Below, piece by piece: positions 27,197 to 43,266 of a stretch of DNA of 64,000 bases. Numbering within the stretch: the first letter of the stretch is position 1; each line of letters begins with the position of its first letter. The notes below the pieces were generated by a model. That model was not told the origin of the DNA and made no database searches. It saw only the letters and a program-made list of their open reading frames with translations. The stretch lies in the NCBI RefSeq assembly GCF_009914755.1, contig NC_060925.1, one strand, 5' to 3'. Made by a program: the position numbers and the translations under genes. This DNA comes from the human T2T-CHM13v2.0 reference genome, Homo sapiens.

Positions 27197-28375
27197 AGGA
27201 GTTTTTTCATGTCGAGTTTACGTTGACGTAATGAACATGAAAGCAAGTATTTGTACTTCAGAAATGTGGAAAGTGAGACTTTGAGGTTTGTGATTTGCCC
27301 AGGGTCTCTCAGGGAGCTTATAGTCTTTTACTGACAGTCCTTGGCAGGCTGTAATGTAAAAGACCATATAGTTTTGTAGTGATAGACATGGGCATGAATC
27401 CCGGTCGTGTAACTTAGTAGCTATGTGGCTTTGGGCAAAACCATTGTTTTTGAAAATCAGTTTTATCGTTTGTTGTATGAAGGTTGCTTTGAAATTTAAA
27501 TGTAACAGTATAGTAGAGCCTGGCTTAAAGTTAAGACATTCAATAAACAATATCTATTATTATGATAATAATTGATATAATAGCATCATCAGCTCATTCT
27601 CAGGAGGTTGATTTCAATTTTTCAGTGAAGTCAGCTATTCACTATATTATAAATTATGTTGGATGTCTCTTCTATACTTTGTTGATATTATGTACTTACA
27701 GGTATTTTAGAACGAATGATATCAGATTCTAATTGCCTGTTTACTTATTTTCCCCCCCACTATACTGTAAACTCCTTGAGAAAATAGGTGGGATAGCAAT
27801 TTGCTTTTTACCTTATCTATAGAGTTAATAAGAGACTGTTGAATGCTTTGAACTCCCCAGTGAAACACTGAATACTCCTATTAGGTGTTAATGTTACTAA
27901 TAATATCTATCTAATTTCTGACACATTATTCCTAATAGATCTTGCTGGCCTCCATAGGAATCCTGGTGTGCTTTAATGAAGTGTAATTTTGAAAATGACT
28001 AATACAGCTTGACAGAAAATAATTATGTAATTTAAGTGCTTAAAGTTCATGTATTATACCTTTCCTGTTTGCTAGAAGAGGGAGCAGAGTCCCAGGGGGT
28101 TAGGTGCTTTCTCTAAGGTCATGCTGGTTGGTGGCAGGGCTTTTTTTTTTTTTCCAGGCCAGGAAAAGATTAGTGCATTAAAGATTATCAAAATAAGGTG
28201 ATGAGTATTGCTACTTAAGAAAAATCCAAACCTCTAAGGCTCCTTTTGCAGTACAATGTAATATAGAAATATTATGCTGAGAAAATGTGAAATTTCATCT
28301 ATTTTATCATTCACCTGGAAGTGCTTGAGAAACAAATGACATTAAACTTTAACTTTTATTATAGCCATCAGAGAT

Positions 28376-28560
28376 TACAAAAGGTAGGAGGGTGGGAGAG
28401 CGGAGTGAAGGTTGAAAGATTACCTATTGGTTACAATGTTCAGTCTTTGGTTGATGGGTACTCTAAAAGCCCAGACAGACTTTATCTCTACATAATGCAT
28501 ACATGTAAGAAATCTGCACTTGTAATCCTTATGCCTATAAAAATAAAAATTAAAAAAAAT
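28376..28560 (+). mobile_element. L1PB/L1MA 3' end
   Basis: gaaagattacctattggttacaatgttca...aaaagcccagac...A-rich tail. Confidence 0.8.
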
Positions 28561-30358
28561 CTTTTTCTGCCTTAAAAAATAAAAAAATCCTTTAAATTTT
28601 CAAAAAGAACAAAAAGAAAGAGAGTATACTTTCCAAACTGTTAGCATTATTTCCTAAGGAGGCTGACAGAAGGGAGAAATTATTTTTTCTTTACATACTT
28701 TGGTATTTGTTAACTTATTATGGTGACTATATAATGGGTTTGTAATTTAAACCCTATAATATAGAACATTGTTCTTAAAACAAAAAACCATTAGAGATGC
28801 AAGCTGAAGCAAAGTATGTAGGGATGTGTGAGATAAATCTGTTCTCATTGACCTAATTTTTTAGAGAGTCAAATTTTATTTCTAAAAAAGAATTAAATCT
28901 TTTATTCTTCCTTAGCAAGAATTTAGGGCAGTAGTATAAGAAATAGTACAGTGAATTGCATGATTGATTATTATTTAATTTGTGTAGACAGTGTTTATTA
29001 CAAGAATTCATAGGAGAGAGATCATAGCAGTATATAGGTGAAATTATGAATACTAGAGTATAATTATTTCTCTTGTAGATTATATTTTGTTCTCTGTATT
29101 TGAAAAGTTATCCTCAGAGCTTACCAACTTTAGCTTTGCTATGTACGTGATCATTTTTGGGTGCCAGAAGGAAGCCTTGAACAAGTGATCCTCAAGAACT
29201 TATAGGAAGTATACATTTACTCCTTACTAAGCTTACATTTGGACAGGACCAGTGATCTTGCTCATGTCAGCATTAGCCATGATACTAGGAGAGTAAACCT
29301 TTGAAAAACAACAAGGATGAGAATAACGGTTGAGTGGTTAGCTGCCACTATTTTGAAATTGAAAAAATCTTATGTTTAATATAGTTATATTCTTTACCCT
29401 TTCTATAAATTGTTACATAGCATATCTTGAAGTTTTGGGAAACTACAATAAAAACATTCTTGTGTGTGGGTATGTGTTGTTGGCAGAGGGACCCTGTGGA
29501 CAGATTACATTGCTTCTCAAGTTACGAGACCTATAATATAGCAGTATGAATTTGGGTAAATTGCTTAACTTCTCTGGACTTTACTTTGCTTACATGTAAA
29601 GTGGAGTTAATAATAGCCTAACAAACATAAAAATCTTCGAGTTAGCTGAATTTTAGAGCTTATGCAAATCCTTTACAAATAAAGTGGCAGTGTTGATGGG
29701 ATTCCTAAAGCTTCTCTGGCATCAGGAAGCACAGAACAATATTAAATAGTTAACAGTAAATTAATAATATGTTGGATATAATATCTTCACTAATAGCCCA
29801 TTTAGTAATAAAGTTTGCATAACTTTTTTTTTTTAAAACTGAGGATATAGTATTAACATGCTACTTAGTGAACATGACTGTGGAGGGCCAGGGTAACAAC
29901 AGTTTGCTTTCTTTTTAATCTGGTTTGATGCAAAGAGAGCATAGTGTCATCTTCTTATTTTTAAAAACCTCCTTTTTGGTTTAACTGGGTTAATGGATTT
30001 TGACCTATATGTTTGGAATAAGTCTAAGGCAAATAAAATCTCTTATCTCCCTAGAAACTAATTTGTATCTCAGTACCATATTTTCTTTCAATTAACAACT
30101 TATGGCCACTTTTATGGTAGTTTCTTATTGGTAATATTTTACATGCAAATAAAGATCTGGAAATTTAGATGACTTATTTCTGTGTGATTTTATTATCTAT
30201 CTTCATAAATACTTATTTCTGGTGTTTTTAGAAAAAAAACTAAAGCTTATAAATACAGAGCTCAGATTGTATAGTTATTGTAAAAAGGCTTTATGCTCAC
30301 TGGGCTTCTATATATTCTTGATACCTTATTTCTCCTTTTTTTCCCCCAATATTTTCAG

Positions 30359-30425
30359 ATGTTTTGGAATGTTATTAAGCCCAGGTCGAAACGTGAAGAA
30401 CAGTGACATGCATTTACTGGATATG
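30359..30425 (+). CDS. RABGAP1L: RABGAP1L coding exon C (67 nt, phase 2->0): (R)CFGMLLSPGRNVKNSDMHLLDM
   Basis: Long pyrimidine tract plus ttttcag|, donor ATG|GTAATG; contained in ORF 30222..30464. Confidence 0.96.
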
Positions 30426-32242
30426 GTAATGATAATCTTAAGCACCTTAACCAAGTATAGATGATAGTTATTTTATATTTGACAAGTATTTTCTATTTAC
30501 AAATTTTGTCATATTGTCAAAATTATTTCTTGCAGCTGTGTGATAGTAATAATTAAATTTGGAAACGCAAACTTAAAATTACTTGTGAAAGAGGAATTCA
30601 GGACAATTTCCACCAAAACAGTCATATGCAACAAATAAAAGGATTGTGTTATGATAATGTCCATTTATTTTTTTGGCTTCTTAGAAAGATATCTTTTCTT
30701 TGAACCTGTAGTAACAAGTACATGATTATAACAAGCATCTCCAGAGTGAATATGGTGCCTTTCATTTATTTTAATGCACTGCTATTAATTTGAGTTTGTG
30801 ATGGGTACTTTTGTTTTCTTTAAAGCGTTTCCCTTTCTGAATTTCTTCTTGATTACCTGTCCTTAGCAAAGTACACTTATACTAGGAGTAATATTTATTT
30901 AAGGAATGTCCTTAAAGGTTAATATATATTCAACAGTTGATATTTAGTGTAAAAGTAGCAAGCTATTTTAACTTTCAAATAGAAATACCTTCTAATATTG
31001 CAGTTAGTGAAAACATTTAATTTGTGATTTGGAGACGTTATAGGAAAATAATCATCTTAGAGTAAGTATAAAGTTTCTTAGTGAACTGAAATTCTTATAT
31101 TTAGTGATAATAAGCACTATATGCTTTCTTCTTTTTAGCTGTGTTTTGCAAATATCAGTTAAACATTACTAATTAGGTCAACTTTTTTTTGAGTAATTTC
31201 ATGGTAATATCAATACTGATTTTATAGCAGTACAGGAATGGTTTATTCAGGCTTTTGGGTACCTGTTTGTCTGCTAAGTGTTGTGTGAAGTGATGAGGTT
31301 ATGCATATGAGTAAAATATAGCTCTTACCATCTGTGGGTTCATGGTCTTGTGGGAAACAAACTTTTTAGTATCTGGTGGTACTTCAAGCCACAGAAATAT
31401 AGAGGAAGCACTGCCTGAATAGGTCAGGTAAGGAAAACCAGTTAAATTGATTATTAAAACATAAATTAGCTATTGATCTATGTCTCTTACATCTTTTTTT
31501 TTTTTCTTGACCACATATCAGTAATGAAAGTGGTTTTACCTAAGGCAAGCCATTAGCATTTTGGAGCCCTGAAAATTCCATGAGGAAGTAAATTAGGAGG
31601 ATTGAGGTAATGAAAACTTTTAAGATCCTAGGTCCTAATTAATCATGGTCTTTCAGAGTTTAAAAGACTAAGATGAATTACTGCAGAGATTTGTCCATAA
31701 AACCTAAATTCAGATTACAGAATTATAGAACTGGTATAAACTTCTGAGGCCCCTTCACTATGTCTCTCTAACTTTCAGAACAGTCCTCCCCACCTTTGAG
31801 TCCATATCTAAATCAAAAGAGTTGTGAGCATTCATGCTCTCAGACAGAGAAGGGGCTTACTTGCAACAAATAGTTGGGCAAATGAGAGGCTTGTATTTGC
31901 AATGATTAGCAGTTGTGATTTGTTATTACCCAGTGTTGTTAATCTTCATAGTGGACATTGAACCTCAGCTAGACTACTTCTAATGAAGAGAAACTCATTA
32001 CCTTATGTTAAAGTCTAAGGGACAGTTCTGGTTATTACAAAGTTATTTTTTTATAATCACCTGAAATCATAGTTCTTGTAACTTGGCCTAATTAGTCTTA
32101 ATTCTGCACTCTAGAACAAGATATTAATACTTTTACTCCTTCTATGACACTCCCAAATATCATGTGATCCTCATGACAGGAAAGTCCTATTTATAAATGA
32201 AGATATATTTTTCAGTGAAATAGCCAGATTACTTATATATAA

Positions 32243-32547
32243 CAGTCATATGCTGAGTAAGAAAATTTCCGTGAATGATGGACCCATACTTTAAGGTCGT
32301 CCCGTAAGATTATAATGTATTTTTACTGTACCTTTTCTGTGTTTAGGTACACAAATGGTATTGTTATAGTTGCTATAGTATTTGGTACAGTAACGTGCTG
32401 TACAAGTTTGTAGCCTTGGAGCAACAGCCTAGTTGTGTAGCCCCTATACCATCTAGGTTTTTATAAGTACGGTGTATTCTATTTGCATAAAGAAATCACT
32501 TAATGACACATAACTTAGAACATAACCCTATCATTAAGCAACAGGTG

Positions 32548-32551
<4 letters not shown>
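32243..32551. mobile_element. Tigger3/MER7-like DNA element
   Basis: cagtca...tgact termini; gtcccgtaagattataat and catctaggttt motifs. Confidence 0.75.

Positions 32552-32584
<33 letters not shown>
32552..32584. repeat. (TG)16 microsatellite
   Basis: Read directly from the sequence. Confidence 0.97.
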
Positions 32585-32588
<4 letters not shown>

Positions 32589-33777
32589 GAGAGAAAGAGA
32601 CCATTATCATATGAGTGTGTTGGGGCTGCTGAGAGGGTTTCGTTTACAAGTGACCTTGAGTGTATTTCATCTCTGGAATGCATGGTCCCTGCGCTCAAGC
32701 TACACAATCTGATTAGTGAAGTATTACTAATACACTAGAAAAATATACATAGTAATTACCAAATGACTGACACAATTTTATAGGGGGTTCAGAGAAACAT
32801 CTGTGAATGGGTAATAATGAAAAAAGAAAAGTTTTTCTCTTTGTTTTAGTCTGACCCTTTTAACAGTCTCTATTCATAATGTGAGGAAATCGCTACAAAA
32901 ACTGAAATATTGTAGATACTGTTCATTTGCATATGGAAATACTTGTATGCTGTGTGTTGTTCTTTCATGGGACAAACTCTACCCCTCCTCTCTCCACACA
33001 CATATACACAAGCTATAAGTAGCCTAGCTTTCGCCATAGGAGTTGCTGGCTTTTTTAGTGAGAGTCAAGAGCTGGCTTGGTAAAGTCTTAAAGAATGGAG
33101 AAGAGGAGGAAGGAGAGAAGGGAAGAAAGAGGGAGTAAGTGTAACAGTAGAGGGAGAGAGTTAATACACTTGGATGCTGCTTACAAACCAAAAATTAGTC
33201 TCCTAATACTAATTTATGATTGTAAGAAACTATATAAATATCTGACATATAGAAAATAGACAAGTGTTAATTTTAAAGGTATTAATTGCTACAAACTAAA
33301 TTAATATTTTAAGAATTCATTAAAAATTAGAATATTAGAAGAAAAATATTAACTTTCCCTACTGTGATTAGCTACTAGTTCAGTTTAACTGTCTTCAGCT
33401 AATTCTATATTATTGTTTTAATAGAAACCATATACATTCTTATGTGTATATGAGATTTGGACAATTGGTGTCAAGATCAAGTTAAATACAACTTTGTAAC
33501 AATATTATGTTTTTTTGATTCAGCATGTAAGTATATGCCTCCTTTTATCCAAGGGTACATGTCTTTAAATAGAAACTGTGCTTGAAGAAAGCTGTAGAAG
33601 AATTTAATATTTAAATAAATGCTTTTGTAGGATGAAAAGAATTTACAGTGAATATAAAGCTCCTGCTTGACTGTTAATCTAAATTTTAATAATTTGTATT
33701 GCTTAAAGTAAGATGTAATTTAAAGTAGTGATTTTTTTGATGTCTTTTATCAGTAATTACTGTTTGAATTTTTATAG

Positions 33778-33891
<114 letters not shown>

Positions 33892-34079
33892 TAAAAGATC
33901 CCTTATTGTTTGCTTTACATTTTATATTATGAACAATGTTGCTTGTCATGTTTTAAAAAAAATTTGGAACTCAAAGTGGACTTATTCTTTCATTGAGAAT
34001 TTGAGGTTCATTTTTATTCTTTATGCTTCTATGGGGGAAATCTCCACTATTTAAAAAAATCCTCCCCAAAAGATATGTG

Positions 34080-34390
34080 AATTATTATTATTGTTATTAT
34101 TTTAAGAGACAGGGTCTCACTCTGTTGCCCAGGGTAGAGTATAGGGGCATTATAGCTCACTGTAACCTCAAACTGTCATGCTCAAGCAATCCTCCCACCT
34201 CAGCCTCCTGAGTAGCTATTAAATAGAACTACAGGTGTGTGCTGCCATGCATGGCTAATTTTTAAATTTTATTTTTGTAGCGATGGGGTCATGCTTTGTT
34301 GCCCAGGCTTGTCTTGAACCTTTGACCTCAACTGATCTTCTTGCCTTCCAAAGCACTGGGATTACAGATGTGAGCCACTGCACCTGGCCT
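34080..34390 (-). mobile_element. AluJ
   Basis: J-type dimer with a (TTA)-rich tail. Confidence 0.88.
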
Positions 34391-36060
34391 GAATTAATTT
34401 TATTAGATTATAGAGAAAGCATTTGGGCTTTGTTTTTCATATACCACTATAGAGTTATTTCATTTGTGGAGACTAGTGATGGAGAAATATTAAAGAAAAT
34501 GATGAAAAGGAAATATTTTAGAATTTTGAATATTTTTAAATTATTAACTATTTTTGCATTATAGTTTACTTATAGTTTTTCATTTATTAATTATTGGCTC
34601 CAGTCTTTTGGCCTTCGGGATGCTTGTAATATATATTAAATATTTCAGTTGTAGCAAATAGTTTTTTCTTAGTTTTTTAACTTTTCATATTATTTATCAT
34701 GTCTAGTATTGAACAGAATGTATAAATGTTGAATAGTCACATTTTTCGTTGTTCCATTGTGTTTTTTCATTCCTACTTCATCCAGATAGCTGTTAATTGC
34801 CTGTTTTTTGCCCCTTCATTATCTACTTTTAAACTAAATTTAAAGTTTTACCTGCCGAGTTATATGCCTACCCTAAGTGCTTTACTGTCATTAAACCATT
34901 AATTCATATTTAGAATATAATGGATCAGTTTGTTTTATCATTAATTTTATATTATTTAGTTTATACCCACAGTAGACTTTTGGTTACTGACAGGAAGCAT
35001 TCGTGAATACTGATATGAAAATATAATATGTTAATGAAGGGCATTAAAATGATAATTATTCTTTCATTTCCTTAAAGAGAGTATTCACCATTTATATAAA
35101 TCACATACATTGATCACATATTAAGCTGTCTAAAAATAAAGGCTAAACAGAAAAAAAGATTATATAAAATTTAACTTTTCATTTATTAGCAGTAAATAAT
35201 TTTTAGACCCACAATTTGTTATTTCTGGAGACAGGCTTGCAAATACCTGTAACTTCTTTCTTATACTTGTTCAGAAGGAAGCCACAAAAATGATAAAAAT
35301 AAGCCAGTTGACAGTTTTGAAGAACAAAATATAAGAATTTTGCATATCAAGTTATAAAAATAGTTTTTATGTTTTTAATGTAACACCTAGTTTAGTTTTA
35401 TTTTGCAATAAAATATATATTTGGTCCACAAAAGAAAATTTATTTATAATTTATTCTATTAAACTATATAATAGTATATTATAATATTCTGATTCAAAGT
35501 ATACATTTTAAATTTAAAATTATCTCATATGCCACACAAAAATGTTGCCCTGATTTTTAAAATTTCTAAATTATGTCCTTGAAATTACACATTACTCAGA
35601 GAATGTGTGATCAAATAAAGTTTGATTTTTATGGAAGAAGTTTAGAACCTGAGAGATGAAAAGTCTTGGATCTTTCCACTGCACTAAGATCCAGTTGAAT
35701 GTTATATTCTGTCTTGTGTTATTACTCCTTACTCCTTTCTCTAAGGTCCTCCAGGTCAAGTATAATGTCTAACAAATTTTAGTTTCTCTTGAATTGGCAG
35801 GTGTATTTAGTAAGACTGTATTTAGTAAGAATGTAATAAAATTGTTATTGAATTTGAGAAGTAGTTGATGAATCTGAATGTTATATAATATTTAAAAACA
35901 CTATTGAGGGTTTCTTCTAGTGGTGGCCTTGGTTATTTGGACTTTCCTTTAACAGAGAACTAAAAATTGTAAAGAAAATAAATTTTAAAAAATATTTAAA
36001 AAGGAATGAGGAAATTACAAAATGGTATGGAATGACCAGGCCATAGATTCAAAAACCTCA

Positions 36061-36371
<311 letters not shown>

Positions 36372-36522
36372 CTAAGAAACATGCTTGGAGTACTTGCATA
36401 CTTATTTAATCAAAATGTGAATAGAACAGTTAAAAATAAACATAGAAGGTATTACAATTGTAAAGAACTTTAATTCTTTCATAAGTGAGGAAACTTTGTT
36501 TAAAGTAGACAAGGAATAATAA

Positions 36523-36750
<228 letters not shown>

Positions 36751-37990
36751 TAGTAACAAACATTTTTCTTTCCACACTTCTTTTTTAATGCCAAGATAAT
36801 TCCTGAAGTTGCAAAACAATACAATTCCTCAAAGAAATCAAATGATATTTGAAGTCAACCAATAGAGTGTTTGAAAAAGTCACATCTAGGTAATATTAGC
36901 TAAAAAAACCCAGCAAGTTTAATAATTACATACTTTTTCCCTAGAAACCTGTAATGTATGAACCTTCTTAACAGAAATATTGACTGCATATAAAACAACG
37001 TTTCTGCCTTTTATAAACAATTACTTAAAACCAAAAAGGCAGTGCACAGAAATATCATATGCTTATAAAATTTTAATGAAAATGTTTCTAAGAAATACCT
37101 AATTTCTATAGTTATTTCTGCCTGTAATATTAGATAGACAATATTATATGAACATCTTGTTTGACTCATCAGTGAGGTTATAAAATTATTTTAATATTAA
37201 ATGAACAAAATTATGGTTTCTATGATATCCTCAAATTAGGCAGTATTAGTAGATAAAATATGTAACTTTTGTATTATAGCAAAGGAAGCAGATAATAATG
37301 AAAAATAACTTGAATGCTAATTGTGTGAGTTTTTAAAAAATCAGGATAAAAATGCTCTATTAGAATAATGAACATCTTTTATATGCTGTTTTTGTTAGTA
37401 CTTTCATTCTCCCAAGTTTTAAAATGCTTGCTGCTTCATATACTATAATATGTGGACTGCTGTGTGATAAAAGCAGGCACCAGTACAGGAAACAAATATA
37501 GAAGCCTCTTACCCATTTTCATATTAAAAAAACTGCCATGGCGCATCTCGGCTTTATATACTATGTACTTGGAAATTATTGTGGTTTTAAAAAAATCTTT
37601 CATAAAATTATTATGGCTGTTATTTGACTCAGTTTTTATTACTGTGTGAACTGCTTTTATAGCATATTCTAATGAAGGTTATGTGAGCAATATTCAAACT
37701 TCAGTCTCCTGAGCATCTTTTAATATTTTATTATGAGACTTTTTTCCTGTCTTCCTTCCTCCCCATCCTTCTTTTTTAAAAAAATAGCTTAGTTATGACT
37801 ATCCAATAATTCTTCATTTTGAGCCAAAGAATTATTCATAGTTGCATAATCGTGAATAAAGGAGCTGGAGCTGTATAGAAAGTTGTCATTCTTCTAATGA
37901 TGATAAATTATAATGTAAATTATACCTCCTAGAGATCTGAGAAAATGTTAGGTTTTTCCCAGTTCTAGTACTTTTGACTGTCTGTCTGCC

Positions 37991-37992
<2 letters not shown>

Positions 37993-38042
<50 letters not shown>
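37993..38042. repeat. (GA)25 microsatellite
   Basis: Read directly from the sequence. Confidence 0.97.
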
Positions 38043-38045
<3 letters not shown>

Positions 38046-38724
38046 TAAAGTAATTGTTAAAATTCATGTAAGTAATTATTGCAAGACCTGAGACTATAAC
38101 TCCTTACCTTAAGCCAGAATATGCTGCTGTAAGGCCAGACTAGCTTCTTTCTACACCTCCAAAAGGTGGGTTGGTTTGGGGTGGTTGATGGTAATCTGGA
38201 GATGTTGGTCTACACTATACAACATTGGTAGAAAGAATGAATTAGGTGATTACCTAATGCAATTCAAAGTAACCTTTGAAAATCTGGGTCCAGGCCATTA
38301 CTACTTTAAAGAAATAAAGAGAGAATGCATTGATTTCAGTTCTAAGTGATTTAGACACCTAGAACTTTTTCTTTCATTCTGAGAGTGTTGAACTTATTGA
38401 ATGAAACCAGAACTTGTCCTGTACCCAGACAGGATTAGACCAGACTCCTGGGGGCAACACCAAAGTACATGAGATGCCCTGTTCCCAAACTATTTTTTCT
38501 TGGCAACTTTCTTCTCTCAAATATAGCAGAACTTTATGTGTGGGCAGTGGGGATGTATGAAAGTCTGCTTTGTTCCTGTTTACTGTCCACTCAGGGCCAA
38601 ATGGCATTTCATTTCATTCATTGTCCATTTACTGGGAGCAAGGAGAGCACTTAACAAGAGGATGGAAACTAGAGTCTGGGAAAGTAAACTAGAGGCTGGG
38701 AAAGTAAACTAGAGAAAGTCCTTT

Positions 38725-39499
38725 TGTGTCCGGAATTGGTTCCTTTCAGTGGGTTCTTGGTCTTGCTGACTTCAAGAATGAAGCCGCGGACCCTTGCGGT
38801 GAGTGTTACAGTTCTTAAAGATGGTGTGTCCAGAGTTTGTTCCTTCAGATGTACAGATGTGTCTGGAGTTTCTTCCTTCTGGTGGGTTAATGGTCTCACT
38901 GACTTCAAGAGTGAAGCCGCAGACCTTTGCAGTGAGTGTTACAGCTCTTAAAGGTGGCGTGTCTGGAGTTGTTTGATCCTCCCGGTGGGTTCGTGATCTT
39001 GCTGGCTTCAGGAGTGAAGCTGCAGACCTTCGCGGTGAGTGTTACAGCTCATAAAGGTAGTGCGGACCCAAAGAGTGAGCAACAGCAAGATTTACTGTGA
39101 AGAGCAAAAGAACAAAGCTTCCACAGAGTGGAAGAGGACCCGAGCGGGTTGCTGCTGCTGGCTTAGGTGGCCAGCTTTTATTCCCTTATTTGGCCCAGCC
39201 TGCGCCCTGCTGATTGGTCCATTTTACAGAGCACTGATTGGTCCATTTTACAGAGCGCTGATTGGTCCATTTTACAGAGTGCTGATTGGCCTGTTTTTAC
39301 AGAGTGCTGTTTGGTGTGTTTACAAACCATTAGCTAGACACAGAGCACTGACTGGTGCGTTTTTACAGAGTGCTGATTGGTGTGTTTACAAACCTTTAGC
39401 TAGACAGAGTGCTGATTGGTGCGTTTACGCTCCTTTAGCTGGACAGAAAAGTTCTCCAAGTCCCACCCGACCCAGAAGCCCAGCCGGATTCGCCTCTCA
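38725..39499 (-). mobile_element. Solo LTR12 (ERV9)
   Basis: TG...CA termini, U5 repeats (gagtgaagc.gcagacctt...gtgagtgttacagctc), CCAAT repeat array, imperfect TSD cttt/cctt. Confidence 0.93.
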
Positions 39500-41070
39500 C
39501 CTTGACCTGAGTCTAAGGGGAGTAGACATTAATTAGGTGTAAGTGGGAAACACCAAGTATAAATGCCCAGAGAACTAGAAAGACTGGGAAGCACAGTAGC
39601 TGATGATGAAAGGCAAGTAGGCCCCTGGCCATGTGAAACTTTGGAGTCCACGTTCAGAGTTCTTTTCTAAATCAACTTTATTGAGGTAGTTAGCATACAG
39701 TAATATGCACCCATTTAATAGTACATTTTGATGAGTTTTGACAAATTTATACACATGAATAATTACCACCAAAATTAAGATCCCTCACTCTTAAAAGTTC
39801 TATAGTGTCCATGCCAGCTAATCTTTCTCACCTTCAGCCTCAGGCAATGACTGATGTGCTGTCATTACAGTAACTGGAATCATATGCTTCTTTTATGTAA
39901 AAGCTTTCTTCATGTAACAATGCCTTTGAGATCCATCCATGTTGTATGTCAGTTGTTAATCTTTTTATTGTTGAATGTTATTCCTTTGTATAGCTGTACC
40001 ATAATTTATTAGATCATATGTTGGCAATTTGAGTTGTTTCCATTTTTGGTTCATGTGGTTAATTAAAGCTGCTGTATCTTTCTGTGGACATAGATTTTCA
40101 TTTCTTTTGGGTTGATACCAAGAAATGGAATTGCTGTGTGGTATGGTAAGTAGAAACTGCCAAACTGTTTTCTACAGTGCTTGACCACTTTATTTTCCCT
40201 CCAGCAGTATATGTGTGTCCCAATTTCTCCTCATCCTTGCCAGCACTTAGTATCGTCAGTCTTTTAAATTGTAGCTATTCTTAGGGGTGTGTAGATGTAT
40301 CTCATTGCAATGTCAATTTACATTTCACATTGAGTAATGATTTTGAGCATTTTTTTCTTATGGTTATTAATCATTCATATATCTTCTTTATAAAATGTCT
40401 AAAATTTTTGTCCACTTTTTGTTTGTCTTACTGAGTTGCAAGAGTTGTTTATATTTTCTGAATATATTTTCTTTTGTCAGATACACATATTTCAAATAGT
40501 TTCTTCCTGACAGTGGCTTGCCTTTTTATTTTCATAATGTCTCTTGAAGAACTGAAGTTTTACATTTCGATGAAGTCATATTAATATTTTATTTTATTGT
40601 TTTTGCTTTTTTTGTGTCCTATCTAAGGAAATTTTGCCTACCTCAAGGTTGTGAAGATGTTCTTTATGTTTTCCTGTAAAGACTTTATAGTTTCAGGCCT
40701 ATTACCTATTTTCTGTTAATTTGTATGTATGGCATGAAGGCTTGAGGTCATCTTCCCACACCTCTCTCATGTGGGTATACAGTTGTTCCAGCATCATTTG
40801 TTGAAAAGACTCTTTTATCTATAGAATTAGTTTGTCTAAAATTAATTGACTGTAGATGTATAAGTCTGTTTCTGGGACACTATTTCTCTTCCATTGAACT
40901 CTATGTGAGTACCACACAGTCTTGCTCATTATAACTTTATATTATGTATTAAAGTCTGTGTTGTAAGCTTCCCAACCTTTCTCATTCTTAGTTTTATTTG
41001 TTGCGAGTTCTTTGCATTTCCATCTGAATTTTAGGATTAGTTTGTCAGTTTGTAGAAAAATGCATGCCCA

Positions 41071-41378
<308 letters not shown>

Positions 41379-41428
41379 GAAAAATGCATTCCCAGATTTT
41401 GACTGAGAATGCCTGAATATGTAAATGA

Positions 41429-41791
<363 letters not shown>

Positions 41792-42868
41792 TAAACATGG
41801 CCTGTCTCATGGAGTATCACTTCATTTATTTAGCTCTTCTTTAATTTATCTCAGCAGTTATGTCACTTTTAGTATACAGGTTTTACACATACTTTAATTT
41901 ATCTCTACCTAGTTCATGAATTTTTCATCTCAGGGTATAATTGAAAAAACGGAATAGACTTAAGGTGTACAATGTGATGATTTGATACATATATATTGTG
42001 AAATGATTACCGAAATCAAGTTAGTTAACACATCTGTCACCTCACGTAAGTTACCTTTTTGTGTGTGTGTAGAACACTTAAGATCTACTACTGTCTTAGC
42101 AAATTTCAAGTACACAATACAATATTGTTAACTATAGTCACCATGGAACATATTCATCTTATAACTGAAAGTTTTTACCCTTTGATCAGCATCTCACTTT
42201 TTCCCCCAAACCCCATCTCCTGGCAACCACCATTCTACTCTGTTTCTATGAGTTTAACTTTTTTAGACTAGTTAAAAATGAGATCATACAGTATTTGTCT
42301 TTCTAGTCTAGCTTTTTTTACTTAGCATAATGCTCTCCACCTTTACCCATGTTACTGCAAATGGCAGAATTTTCTTCTTCTTTATGGCTGAGTCATATTC
42401 CATTATGTGCAAGTATGTGTGTATATATTCATTCATTCATTGACAGACATGTTTCCATGTCTAGTGAATAATGTTGCAATGAACATGGAGTGCAGATATG
42501 TCAAGATACTGATTTTGTTTCCTTCAGATATATACCCAGCAGTGTGATAGCTAGATCATGTGGTAGCTCTATTTTTAATTTTTTGAGTACTCTTTGTACT
42601 GTTTTTCATACTGGCTATACCAGTTTACATTCCTACCATCAGTGTGCAAGGGTTCTGTTCTCACCAACATTTGTTATTTCTTGTCTTTTTTTTTTTTTTT
42701 TTTTTTTTTTGTGATGGGGTCTCATTATGTTGCCCAGGCTGGTCTCCAGCTTTTTTTTCCCCCAAGATTGCTATGGATATTCGGGTTCTATATGAATTTT
42801 AGGATTGTGAAAAATGCCATTGGGATTTCGATAGGGATCACATTGAATCTATAGATTTCTTTGGATAG

Positions 42869-43266
<398 letters not shown>

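Noticed and set aside
39039-39536. 165-aa ORF with repeated ALIGPFYR units
   Set aside because: It is a translation of the 24-bp CCAAT repeats of LTR12.
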